Assembly: GCF_006345805.1 (NCBI RefSeq)
Contig: NC_043021.1
Span: 13,578,001-13,642,000 of the forward strand
Reading direction: 5' to 3'
DNA: 64,000 bases
From: Octopus sinensis
Taxonomy: Eukaryota
Within the stretch, counting starts at the first letter, position 1. Every line of letters starts with the position of its first letter. Position numbers and translations under genes: made by a program. Of this stretch, positions 13,490 to 25,248 are shown piece after piece. The notes beneath the pieces are model-generated. The model was given only the letters and a program-made list of their open reading frames with translations. It was not told where the DNA came from and did not search any database.

Positions 13490-13985
13490 CCAAGTTTGAC
13501 AGTCGTTGACTCTGATGTTTTATCCTGACAATTCTTTGCTTTACAACATTGCAGAGTTACATCATCACTTTTCGAAATGCAATTCATGGTGTCTGATTAA
13601 ATTGTGAGTTTTCTCTTGTAAATCAATTTTTGTAAACACATGGATAGATCAAGAACTTTGTGTTGTTTATGAATGAGTTCCATCATGGAACCAATGCATC
13701 CCAGACAGCTCGAAACATCAATGAGGTGTTTGGTGAAGGTGTGATGAATGAGTGCACTGTACGTTGACGTTTTGAGAAGTTCCAGTATGGTGACTTTACT
13801 CTTGAAAATCAGCCTAGTGATAGACCTGAGACCAAGGTGGATAATGATGAACTGGAAACAGTAATGGAAGCGGATACATCCCAAACTATGCCTGAGTTAG
13901 CAATAAGGTTTGATGTTTCGATTCTAACTGTATTGGACCATCTGAAACAAATTGAAGAAGCTGGACAAGTGGGTACCGTACAAAG
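13490..13985 (+). mobile_element. mariner transposase relic, N-terminal HTH half
   Basis: EFHHGTNASQTARNINEVFGEGVMNECTVR*RFEKFQYGDFTLENQPSDRPETKVDNDELETVMEADTSQT..ELAIRFDVS..TVLDHLKQI. Confidence 0.85.
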
Positions 13986-15882
13986 GCCTGAAATTTCTTG
14001 GAAGGGGACTAGTCGATTACATTGATCCCAGTATTTCACTGGTACTTAATTTATTGACCGTAAAAGGATGAAAGGCAAAGTTGATTTCAATGGAATCTGA
14101 ACTCAGAACGTAGCAGCAAACAAAATACTGTTAAGCATTTTGCCCGGAATGCTAACGATTCTGCCAGCTCGCCGCCTTAATAATAATAATCTTTTCTACT
14201 ATAGGCACAAGGCCTGAAATTTGGTGGGAGGGGGCCAGTTGATTAGACCAACCTCAGTACACAACTGGTACTTAATTTATTGACCTCGAAAGAGTGAAAG
14301 GCAAAGTCGACCGCGGCGGAATTTGAACTCAGAACATAGCAGATGACTGCCAGCCATACAGCATGTTTTCTTTTATTTCTTGTAGAAGGGACAAGTTCCA
14401 CGAGTCAGGATGTCTGTCCACAACAAGGGATTTGGGCTTTGGGATGAAACCTGGCTGACGATGGGCAGCCATGTGATGAGGATAACACCTGTAGAAGTTC
14501 CTACATGGCAACACAGAACCAATGTGCCTGAGGACCATGTGACATCATCACCGTCATAATCATTTAATGTCCATGTTCCATGCTGGCATGAGTTGGACAG
14601 TCTAACAGGATCCAATGGGGTCCAAGGGCTGCATGGTGAAGACACATGGCTTAGTGGTTAGGATATTGGACTAGTGATTGTAAGATTGTGATTTCGATTC
14701 CTGGACCAGGTAATTGATTGTCTTCTTGAGCAAGTCACTTCATTTCACATTGCTCCAATCCACTCAGCTGACAAAAGTGAGTAACCCTGCAAAAGACTAG
14801 CATCTCGTCCAGGTGGGGAATATATACGCCTTGAAACTAGGAATCCAATTATGACTCCTTATGACTCGAGAGGGTAACTTTACCTTCGTCTTTTAAGGAT
14901 TCGAAGGGGTACTCCAGAGTCTGCTTTGGCAGGGTTTCTATACTTAGATGCTCTTTCTAACACAAACCACTTTATAGTGTGTACTAGGTGCTTTTGCTGA
15001 TGCCAAGGGCACGGGTGAGGTCACCATGCAGCATGAAAAATTATGAAACCCAGGAGGGAAGGGGACTTTATGCTAGCACATGAGAGTTAAAGTATGAGAA
15101 AAGGGAGTGGAGCAGAACAGGTTCTCATTGTAGGGGAGCTATATGGCTACTCTCATTTAGGGGTGAGAGAGAAACTCGACGATTTTGTGAAAAATAGAAG
15201 ATAACAAAAACAAAACAACTAACATTATTATATAATTCTACAACTATATAACTATAATTATACAGTTGTTATCAGGTGTGTTTATTGACCTACTTCAACT
15301 ATGTGTGTGTGTGTGTAATGTACTTGTAAAATAACTATCCTTACTATCTCAGTTACAAAGACATTGTGCTGACATAATCATCATCATCACCATCATCATC
15401 GGTTAACGTCCGCTTTCCATGCTAGCATGGGTTGGACGGTTCAACTGGGGTCTGGGAAGCCCAAAGGCTGCACCAGGCCAGTCAGATCTGGCAGTGTTTC
15501 TACAGCTGGATGCCCTTCCTAACGCCAACCACTCCGAGAGTGTAGTGGGTGATTTTATGTGCCACCGACACAGGTGCCAGCCTCGTCTGGTGAACGGCCA
15601 CGCTCGGATGGTGTTTTTTATGTGCTACCGACACAGGTGCCAGACGAGGCTGGCGAACGGCCACGATCGGATGGTGTTTGTTACGTGCCCACAGCACAGA
15701 GGCCAGTCGATGCAGTACTGGCTACGGCCACGTTCGGATGGTTTTCTTATGTGCCACCAGCACTGGTACCACAAGGATACAAATTCCATTGATGTTCATC
15801 GATTTTGATTTGGTTTGATTTTATAATTATTATTATGACCGTCTGTCAGGATGTAAAGAACTGAATATGAATACATATGCAT

Positions 15883-16215
15883 GAAGGCACATAGCTCAGT
15901 GGTTAGAGTGTCGGGCTCACGACTATGAGGTAGTGAGTTCAATCCCTGGGCCGGGCTGTGTGTTGTGTTCTTGAGCAAGACACTTTATTTCATGTTGCTC
16001 CAGCTCACTCAGCTGTAGAAATGAGTTGCAACGTCACTGGTGCCAAGCTGTATCGACCCCTTTGCTTTTCCCTTGGATAACATCAGTGGTGGGGTGAGGA
16101 GAGGCTGGAATGCATGGATAACTTACTGGTCTTCTATAATTGTCTGGACTTGTACCTTGGAGAGGAGCTTTCTAGGTGCAATCCTATGGTTATTCATGAC
16201 CGAAGGGGTTCTTTA
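15883..16215 (+). mobile_element. tRNA-derived SINE family C (V/CORE-like cttgagcaagacactt motif)
   Basis: agctcagtggttagagtgtcgg..gagttcaatccc..gtgttcttgagcaagacactt. Other copies: ~56600-56935(+), 14635-14890(+). Confidence 0.75.
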
Positions 16216-17126
16216 TATACATTTTGAGATCACTATGCAGTTCACAAGACTATGAGCTATGGGGGGAAGTATGTGAGGGGATGAACACCTTGCTCGGGGA
16301 TGAAGGGGTTACTATGGTGGCAGGGTGGAGCAGAGCAGGTTCCTGCGGAGGGATCTGCATGGCTACTTACGTTTGATAAGGGGAAAAGAGCAAAGAGAGA
16401 AAAAGAGAAAATTATCTATAGGAACTGCAAGACATAGATAATAGCATGTGATTGAGCATGTTCTAGCCTTGACCTCACCTTCTGATAGTAAGAAATTGAG
16501 CATCCACAGGTTTACATTCTTCAATGTAACCTTTCTTTGGCAGAAGGCACTCAAATGTGATTTAAATAGAGATTTGGTTGCTACTTCTAGCAGGTCGAAC
16601 GACCTCGTAGCAAGCCTCCCTTTTAGATTCATTGGTGTGTGTGTGTGAGGTAAATAAGTTTTGTAACAACTTATTTCAATATGTTGTTTTACGTAAATAG
16701 AGCGAAAAGTAAACAAATCAACGAAAGGGATGAAGCTGCTACATGGTCCCTCGATCTGCTAGAAATAGCAGCCAAATGCTTCTCGAGCAATACTCTATTG
16801 TCTAAAATAAATGAAGGACACAATGGAGCAATTTTGTCCTAGATATATACAGAGTCTGGACAACAGATGGGATGGTCAAAGATGGAACGCCTTTGGTCAC
16901 AGGTTTCCTGTATCAGGGCTGAGCTGAGGCTAAACTACAAGGAAAGACATAATTTTGTAGTTGATAGACTGTATCGAAGGAAAGGAGGGGTGGTCGTAGC
17001 TGGAACGCCTTTGATGACAGGTGTCACCTTGTATCAGAATCGACCTAGGGATAAAGAACAACAAAAAAAAGACACATTGGATATCATTTTGTACTGAATC
17101 TGAATAAGCAGAAGGGTCGTAGATTG

Positions 17127-18464
17127 GGCATTCCTACACATGTGTGCCCCACCGAATTTGTTTCCTCGTAACTCCCAGAAAAATGAATATTTTTAAATGA
17201 AATTTTCTACAAATTTGCTTCAGATGGTGTAGATCCTGATGACAACGGCACATGTGATGAAAAGAATTTTTTTTTTTTCTGAGAGTAAGGTGAGGAGTTT
17301 CGGAAAATTCGCACGTGACGGCTTTCTTTACTTAAATAACTTCCAGAAAAATGGATAATTTCCAAACAAATTTTCTCTAAACACCTTTCATAGTGTGGAG
17401 ATAACGATTAAACTGGAATTTAATATGAAAAAATAAAATTGGACGGCTAGTACACATACATACTCACACGCATCACATATACCTACAAAAATTTTTCGAT
17501 TGTGCTGTGTATCATTATATATATATGTGTGCGTGCTCACTATTTTCCTTTTCACATCAAATTATATATATTTCGTTATTACCCACAAGGGGCTAAACAT
17601 AGAGGGGACAAACAAGTACAGACAAACGGATTAAGTCGATTACATCGACCCCAGTGCGTAACTGGTACTTTATTTATCGACCCCGAAAGGATGAAAAAAG
17701 CAAAGTCGACCTCGGCGGAATTTGAACTCAGAACGTAACGGCAGACGAAATACGGCTACGCATTTCGCCCGGCGTTGCACTTTACACGCTTTGAAAAAGT
17801 ATTCTTAGAAAATTTCATTAAAAAATACCCATTTTTGTTAAAGTTATGAGGAAACAAAGCTAACTCGTGTGAATTTTCCGAAACTCCTCTTCCCACCTAT
17901 AATTTTTTTTTTTTTTTTTCACAAATTCCGATATAATCAGAATCGGCAATCTTTCGTCTCTAGTAGACCTTTCCGTCGATTTCCGTAAAAAATTTTTTTT
18001 TTTTACATATAGGCTTGCGGGAACTTTTGAAGTAATGAGAGCGAAAGAGACTAAGAGAAAGCGATTGTATGATGAGGGAAGTTCTTTTGAAGTTACCGTG
18101 CATGTGAAGCATTGATGTACATGTGTGTGTGTGTGTTTGATGGGGTGTGGGAGACAGACAGTATGTTGTGTAAGTGAAGTGCTTCTGTTAGTATGTGTGA
18201 AAGAAAGAGATAACTGAAATTTTTTACTCGGTGTATGTGTATATGTATGTATATTACTTCAAAAGTTCCCGCAAGCCCATATGTAAAAAAAAAATTTTTT
18301 ACGGAAATCGACGGAAAGGTCTACTAGAGACGAAAGATCGCCTCAGAATCTACACCACCTGAAGCATACTTATTGAAAATTTCATTTTAAAATATCCATT
18401 TATCTGAAAGTTATGAGGAAATGAATTCGTGTGGGGGAGCGGGGGACTCATGTGTAGGTATGCC
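17127..18464. mobile_element. Long-TIR non-autonomous DNA element (GGC..GCC ends) carrying nested insertions
   Basis: Left ggcattcctacac.. is inverted to right ..gtgtaggtatgcc over more than 100 bp; flanks cgtagat(t)g / cgtagatg; related fragment at ~50760-51050. Confidence 0.75.
17945..18342. mobile_element. 398-bp MITE, ~90-bp TIRs, exact 8-bp TSD (Merlin-like signature)
   Basis: TSD tcagaatc at 17937-17944 and 18343-18350; near-perfect TIRs 17945-18036 / 18253-18342. Confidence 0.85.
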
Positions 18465-18568
18465 CGTAGATGTAATGCCTTTGATAACAGGTGTCTCCTT
18501 GTATCAGCGCAGATCTGGGACGAAACAAACAAGGCATGGCACTTTGGATAATGTTGGGTGCTACTTAA

Positions 18569-18740
18569 GAAGAGTGGTCCCGGTGCGCGCACTCGTGCAT
18601 CCCCGCTATCTAGTCGTGACTAGTCGATCCTACAACGACTACCTAGCAAAGTAAATAAAACACAAAAACGCAAAGTAAGGATCGACTAGTCACGACTAGC
18701 TAGCACGGATGCGCGAGTACACGCACCGGGACCACTCTTC
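18569..18740. mobile_element. Hairpin MITE flanked by TTAA, GA..TC ends (Kolobok-like signature)
   Basis: ttaa-gaagagtggtcccggtgcg...gactagtcgatcct / aggatcgactagtc...cgcaccgggaccactcttc-ttaa. Confidence 0.65.
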
Positions 18741-19008
18741 TTAAATAGTACCCTAAACAATAAGACATGGTACTTTGGATAATGTTGTACGGTACTAGAC
18801 TATTCTGTACTGAATCTAAAGAAAAGGCGGGATAGTCGTGGCTGGAACGCCTTTGTATCATAGAGCCGAACTGGAGCTAAACAACATCATCAACAACTAT
18901 ATTTTTTTTCTTCTCCATTTCCAAATCGTAAATTAAATATCGTTAAATATTTCCTTAACATCAATCACTGAAAGAAAGAAAACAAACGATGACGGGAGAA
19001 AATGTTAC

Positions 19009-19051
19009 CTGTTACATCATTAACTTTGTTTGTTTCCTGCGTGAGAGCCAT
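19009..19051 (-). CDS. C1orf50: C1orf50 (DUF2452) homolog, coding exon 1
   Basis: ATG GCT...MALTQETNKVNDVT plus 1 nt, donor ACAG|GTAACA. Phase 1 matches exon 2. Poorly conserved N-terminus, assigned by splice phase and position. Confidence 0.6.
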
Positions 19052-19403
19052 AACGAGAATGTCATAGTATGGGACTAGGTAGATAGAAAATTAAACATGG
19101 AATGGCAGAAACGAAACGAAATAAAACAGTATCCGAATTACGTCTTTAGTTGCGTTGCAACCCTAAAGAAAAGATCAAAGCGAAGACTGAATATTTGATT
19201 AAATTATGTCGAAATTGCCCTTCTTGATGTTGTTTAGCCCTGTGTTAGCTTTGATTAAACAGATTTATGATCAAAGGCGTTCCAGCTGTGACTATCCTGG
19301 GTTAATTCTTATTTTACTAAACTTTTCAAGTGATTCAGGAGTAGAATGTAAAATCGAAACGGAAATGGCGAAACGACGACATGGTGAAAATAAGTTTGTT
19401 TAA

Positions 19404-19620
19404 CCCTTTAGTGTTCAGATTATTCTATCAAACAATGCTTATTGATTCACATTGATTTGAATTAATCATGCATTATCTCATATCTTAAAGATGTTGATGG
19501 TGTAATTACTTAATGTAGAATAACATTGTAGGGTAGGTGTGAGAGCCTGGACCTGGTCAGTTTGAACATAAAACAGATTAACTATTTTGGCTGGATGTGG
19601 CCTGTTTAAATACTAAAGGG
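19404..19620. mobile_element. piggyBac-like MITE, same family in opposite orientation, upstream of the C1orf50 ATG
   Basis: TTAA-CCCTTTAGT...ACTAAAGGG-TTAA; partial copies at ~7280-7460 and ~41645-41710. Confidence 0.8.
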
Positions 19621-19707
19621 TTAAAAATGCGATTCGTATTTTAATTTGTAAATGTATATACTGCGAACAAGAAAGGATTCATGTCATCTTGGTTGGCGTT
19701 TGTCAGA

Positions 19708-19715
19708 TGACGTCA
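19708..19715. promoter_or_regulatory. Perfect CRE palindrome TGACGTCA upstream of the C1orf50 homolog
   Basis: About 660 bp 5' of the inferred ATG, in non-repetitive sequence; a single 8-mer can occur by chance. Confidence 0.25.
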
Positions 19716-22700
19716 GAGATCGAAGGGGAGATAAATGACATTCGCTTCATTCATTTTCCGTCGAGATAAGAACCTTTGGGATAAATTGGTCAACCGTTAG
19801 AATTCAACTTGGGACAGGAAAAATAGAATGATTGCATTGCAGAATTAATTCTCACACACACGTACACGCACATTTCCTTCTATAAAATCCACTCTCGAGG
19901 ATTTGGTAGGCTGAGGGCTATAGTAGACAACACTTACTATGGTGCCATACAGTGAGACTGAACCTGGAACCATTCATATATGGTTGGGAAACAAATTTCT
20001 TAAGTGAAATTCTTACCACACAGCCATGTATGCTTTTACAGATATTAGCTTCAAATTTGGGCACAGGGTCAGAAGTTTCTCGGGAGGGGATAAACCGATC
20101 ACATTCCTCTTCAGCATTCAACTAGCATTTATATTATCAACACTGAACTCAGAATGCAAAGACGGACGAAACACTGATAAGCATTGTGTCCCACTTGCTA
20201 ACAATTCTACCAGGTCACTGCCCTCATTTATCTCTAGATATAATAAAGAATACCTACACAAATGTGGAGGCACATGGCCTAGTGGTTAGAGCAGCGGATT
20301 CGAATCTCAGACCAGGCGATGTGTGTGTTTATGAGCGAAGCACCTAAGCTCCACGCGGCTCCGGCAGACGGTAATGGTGAACTTCTCTTTCACTACGACT
20401 TTCTCTCACTCTTTCCTCCTGTATCTAGCAGCCCACCTGCGATGGACCAGTGTCCCGTCCAGGTGGGGAACCTATATGCTCATGAAACCGGCCATATGGA
20501 CCAAAACAAACAATACAAGTGTACCCTCTCACATCATAACTACCACAAATGGGTTACTTTTAGTGAAATTTTCCTTATAGCCACAGGCATAGTTGTGTGG
20601 TAAGAAGCTTACTTCCCAGCCACATGGCAATGGGTCCAGTCCCACTGCATTGCACCTTGGACAAGTGTCTTCTACTATAGCCTCAAACCAACCAAAGCCT
20701 TGAGTTGATTTGGTAGATGGAAAATGAAAGAAGCCCATCATATATATATATTGCACCTTTCCACACCCACTAAGGAGCAGTCTATCATGAAGACAAAACA
20801 ATTGTAGTGATAAATTGCTTCTTGGTACACTCCATCTTATCTATCAATCTTTAATATATATGTATATATTTGTGTCTGTCTCCACCACCATTGCTGGTGT
20901 TTACATCCCCATAACTTAGCATTTCAGCAAAACAGAAGTACAAAAATAAGTCCTGGCTTTGATTCCTTCAGCTAAAAATAATTAAAAAACCTGTAAGGTG
21001 GTGCTCCAGCATGGCCACAGTCAAATGACCAAAACAACAGAACGTGATCCAGATGGTGTAGATTACAATTATATATATTGCTGCTAGTTGGACTGGACTA
21101 AGAGCTTAAGGTTCATGCAGGTGAGATGATGGATAATACAACTGTTCAAACCTGTTTCACATCAATAGGGAGTTGACCATTGTCTCGTGATTCCACTGTC
21201 CTTTACATGGAAGGAGTCAAGCTGCCAGTCACCTAAAGGGCAACCTGTAAGAATCTTCCTAACACCTTGTGAAGGGAGAAACCACATGGTAGGGCCCAGA
21301 CAATACCATATCTTTTAAAAAAAATAGAACACACAGCAGGAATACTTTTGACAATGGTGTTGGGAAGAACCACTATTTGTGGAGACAAGGAAGGGTCACA
21401 ATATGCTGCTCCTTTTTTTTAAACAATTGGAAATTTCCATATAAAAAGCAGACACTTGCTGAAGCTACTACAGACTTGAACCCAGAACATGTGGTGTGGT
21501 AAAGTTTGCTTCCTTAATCACATGGTGCTAAGTTAATCATACAGCAAAGCATCTTCTACTATATAGTCTCAGGTTAACCAGTGTTGCAAGTTGTAAGAAG
21601 CTTGCTTCCCAAACACAATCCCACTGCCTGGTGTCTTGAGCAAGTGTCTACTATAGCCTAGGGCCGACCAAAGCCCTGAGTGGATTTGGTATATGGAAAC
21701 TGAAAGAAACCCGCCGTACGTGTGCATTACTATCACCTTGCCTTGACGTTGTATGAAAGCTGTAGATATCATTGGCATGTACCTGGGTATCTTCCATTTC
21801 CAAGCTTCAGTTCAAGTGAGTTGATGACAGGAAAAGCATCCCAGCTGTAGAAAACCTACCTCAACAAATACCATCTAATCCATGCAAGGAAAAAAAAAGA
21901 TGTAAAGAAATTCTGTTCCTTACCTCAAGTTTTGATACACAATTCACATTAATATGAGGTTATGCACATCAAGTCAACTATTGAATAACTAAATTATTGT
22001 AGTACAAGTTGGTAATATGCCATGCTTGGTAAAACCTCTCAAGCCAAGTTGTGGCTGTTGTCAGTGTCATGTAAAATGCACCTTTACAGCATTGGGCTTC
22101 ACGGAGACAATGAGGCCGATGCTGGTGTTGTGTAACTAGCACCCATGCTATGTAAAAAGCACCTCAAGCACTGACAAATGACAGGTCTTTGGCAATATGC
22201 TGTAGTTGAGAAGATCCATCAAGCCAAGAAACTAGTAGTGGCAGATACTGGTGTCATTCAAATGGCACCTGTGCTGATGACATGCAAAAGCACCTATTAG
22301 ACAGTGGTTGGTGTTAGGAAGGACATCCAGCTGTAGAAACCATTCCAAATCAGACTGGAGTTTGGTGCAGCCCCTCCCTCCAACTTACCAAGCCTAGTCA
22401 AACTGACCAATCCATGCCAGCATGGACAATGTTAAATTATGAAATATTTTATCAAACCCTGAAAGGATAAGAGGTAGGGGACAGACCTGGGCACAATCTG
22501 AGCTCAGAAAGGTAAGACCACTTGAAGAAAAAAAAAAAAAACTCCTTGTGACCTTAATTCTATAGGCCATTTACCACTGAATTTAAACAAGTGCTACAGT
22601 AATTACTTAGCTTTTATGAAACTTGGTTCACAATTTTACTTAGTTCTTGTGCCACACCTGTGAAACAGAATGCTGTACTCCAGCTTTAAAACGCCTCCCA

Positions 22701-23953
22701 GAAATACAATAGAAAATGTATACAGCAACATTCAACTGCCTTCCTTGACTATTTTAATAAATTAACAACAGAATGTGGTTTTTCGAGGTTGTGACTGGAG
22801 AAATTTATTATAAGAAAAATGTATTGTGCAAGGTCAGCAAGTTGCCAAGTGAATGGAATCAACAAGCTGGGAAATGCATACCTCGTAGTGTGTGTCCGTG
22901 AAAAGACTGAATTTGGGATTATAAAACAAGTTCTGGAAGCTGCAGAAGAGGAAACAACTGTTTTGACAATGAAAGACCTTATTTTGTTAATTTTGACATG
23001 ATGTTATTCATAATAAACCTTTCAAAGTATAACAAATTGTACTTCACTGAAACTAGACTATGAAATGGCTGCATTTAATGCAGTTTACACATCACTCCTC
23101 TAGCAGGGTTCCAGCTGCCTGAGGGCTGATTGTAGTCAGTTACTTTTCAATCACCTTCAAAACCATTATCTGCCATAAACTCACCAATTAAATCCTCAAA
23201 TAAATTGCCATTCAAAAAAAAAAAAAATTTTTTAATTAGTGACCATCTTTCTAAGAGCAGAATCACTATGACAAATGTATCGAAAATTGTGTATAACAAA
23301 GGGTTTAATTTTCAAAGAGTCTCTGCCAAGCCCTGTATTATGTGGACTTTACACCACCCCAAGAATAGTTTCAGAACAAATTACACATTTCAACATAGAT
23401 AAATTCTTTCCTTAGCATTATATGGAAATTGTGCCTTGCACATGTATGCAACTGCTCAGGTTTCAAGTTTCTTTGAAAAAATAAATTTCATCTTGAAAAC
23501 CTTGTATACACATTTTTTGGCCATTTCTAGCTGTGAAAGATCTGCTCCCACATAGATTAAAACAAGGCTCTTATGAGGGATATGTAACACTATAAAAGTA
23601 CATAGTTGTGCAACCGTATTGCTTAGGGAACTCTCACAGAATTGCACAAGGACAGCCAACCAAAACCCTCAGAATAGCGTGGTCGAGTCAACACTGTACC
23701 AATTGTAAAACATCAAGCATGTCTATAGTTTGCCACATGCCATGAAAACCTGTCTGGATTAGAAAACAGGTTTGCCTCAATGAATTCTGACTCCGGTAAA
23801 ATGGAAGAATGAATGCTAAAAATAATACTATGATGAAATAACATGTGTATCTTCACATGACCTTAAATCAAATCAGTTGGGGTATAGGGGGAACTGTACA
23901 TAGTAATTAACAGAAAAGAAAAAAAGGTAAAATTGAAGAGTAAAATGCAAAAT

Positions 23954-23959
23954 TTTATT
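23954..23959 (-). terminator. Candidate Ran polyadenylation signal AATAAA
   Basis: tttatt on + strand about 520 nt past the stop codon; another at 22803-22808. Confidence 0.4.
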
Positions 23960-24477
23960 GAAGACCTTTGTACAAAAGGGGAGGAAATACATTACAATGC
24001 CCGCATTCACACTTGCATACAGTAACAAATCGCAAGAGACAATATTTCGGCCCATAACTAATCAGAGAATACATAAAAAAAAAAACCACCTACTGTAATT
24101 AACATGAACTCAGCATTCGAATGTAATGATTTGATGGTGTGAAATTGTCTTTTTATATTAAAGGGTTTTTTTTGTTATTTTTATTTTTACCACTTGGTGT
24201 CTGCAATACCCCACCTCTTTTCTCCAGCCCCTCCCATTAAAATAAAAAAAAAAAAAATTTGAAAGAAGTCCATTTTTTGTGTGGTTTTCTAGTGAAGCAA
24301 ACAGGCCTAAACCATCTTCTCAGCTTAAAAGAAAGGGGAGCGCAGCTCTGCAGGCCATAACAGATAGTAGAAAGAGGACATCACTGCATTTAAACAGACT
24401 TTCCCATCTTTTAGAAGGTTAACAATGCACTGTGATAATTAGTTAATTGTTAAGTGATTAGCAGGATCAGATTATCT

Positions 24478-24522
24478 TCAAAGATCTTCATCCTCATCAG
24501 GAAGAGCAATTTCTTGAGCCAC
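24478..24522 (-). CDS. RAN: Ran GTPase, coding exon 6 (acidic tail)
   Basis: ttgcAG| VAQEIALPDEDEDL* ; spliced CDS 642 nt = 213 aa plus stop. Confidence 0.95.
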   Translation of the reverse strand: MAQEIALPDEDEDL

Positions 24523-25077
24523 CTGCAATTGAAGAAAAACAAAATAAAAATATAATTCCAAACACCATTTACAAAAAAAAAAAATTAAAATAAATTTGTG
24601 ACCCTCACTCATTAAGACAAAATCACTGAAGCAGATCTCACCCCACACTTCACTGATAGAGAAGCCACACGAAGGGGATTATTGGGAAAGGAGTCTAAGC
24701 TTTCTCATATCAAGGCATCAAATACCATGTTTTCTCTATGATAGAATTGCCATCTCCCTGTTTTAAGGTGATAGAAATAAATAAGTATGGCTATTCTATT
24801 GAACTCACTTTCAAAATTTATTGAAGCAAAATCACTGAATGTCAACAGAAATGTTTTATAAGTTAAATTTTGTAGTTTAGAAAATAATGTGAGAAGGGGA
24901 CATAACTCCTACAAGTAGTTCCAATTTTTGAAAATATTTAGTACAATAACCCAGTGTTAGGAAGGTTTTCAAGATTACTTTGAAATGGCACCACTCCCAA
25001 CTTGTAAAGTAGGAAGTGCAACCAACAAACGAACCACCCCACCCCACCGAGACAAGATAAAATAAAGTCGTAATTAC

Positions 25078-25248
25078 CTCAAGTTCCTTCTCATATTGTT
25101 GTGCAAGTGATTGACTCATTTCTACCTCTGGTGGTTGAAGAGCAGGCATTTCAACAAATTCAAGGTTAGCATCTCCAATTAACTTCCTTGCCAACCAAAG
25201 GAATGGTTTCTCAAAATTATAATTACTCTTTGCACTGATATCATAGTA
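25078..25248 (-). CDS. RAN: Ran GTPase, coding exon 5
   Basis: [57 protein letters not shown]. Confidence 0.97.

Larger units (their letters stand above)
16700..18890 (+). repeat. SINE-like family E whose 3' tail is tandemly repeated about 4 times; host of the nested MITEs
   Basis: ctgctagaaatagcagccaaat body; tail gg(t)cgtagctggaacgcctttg..tcagggctgagctgaggctaaac at ~16865, 16985, 17110/18466, 18820; related copy at ~31300-31470. Confidence 0.55.

Noticed and set aside
15419-15808. Recurrent MLAWV...[10 protein letters not shown] ORFs (also at 58665, 62808, 48175)
   Set aside because: Antisense translations of the RTE 3'UTR repeat, not genes.
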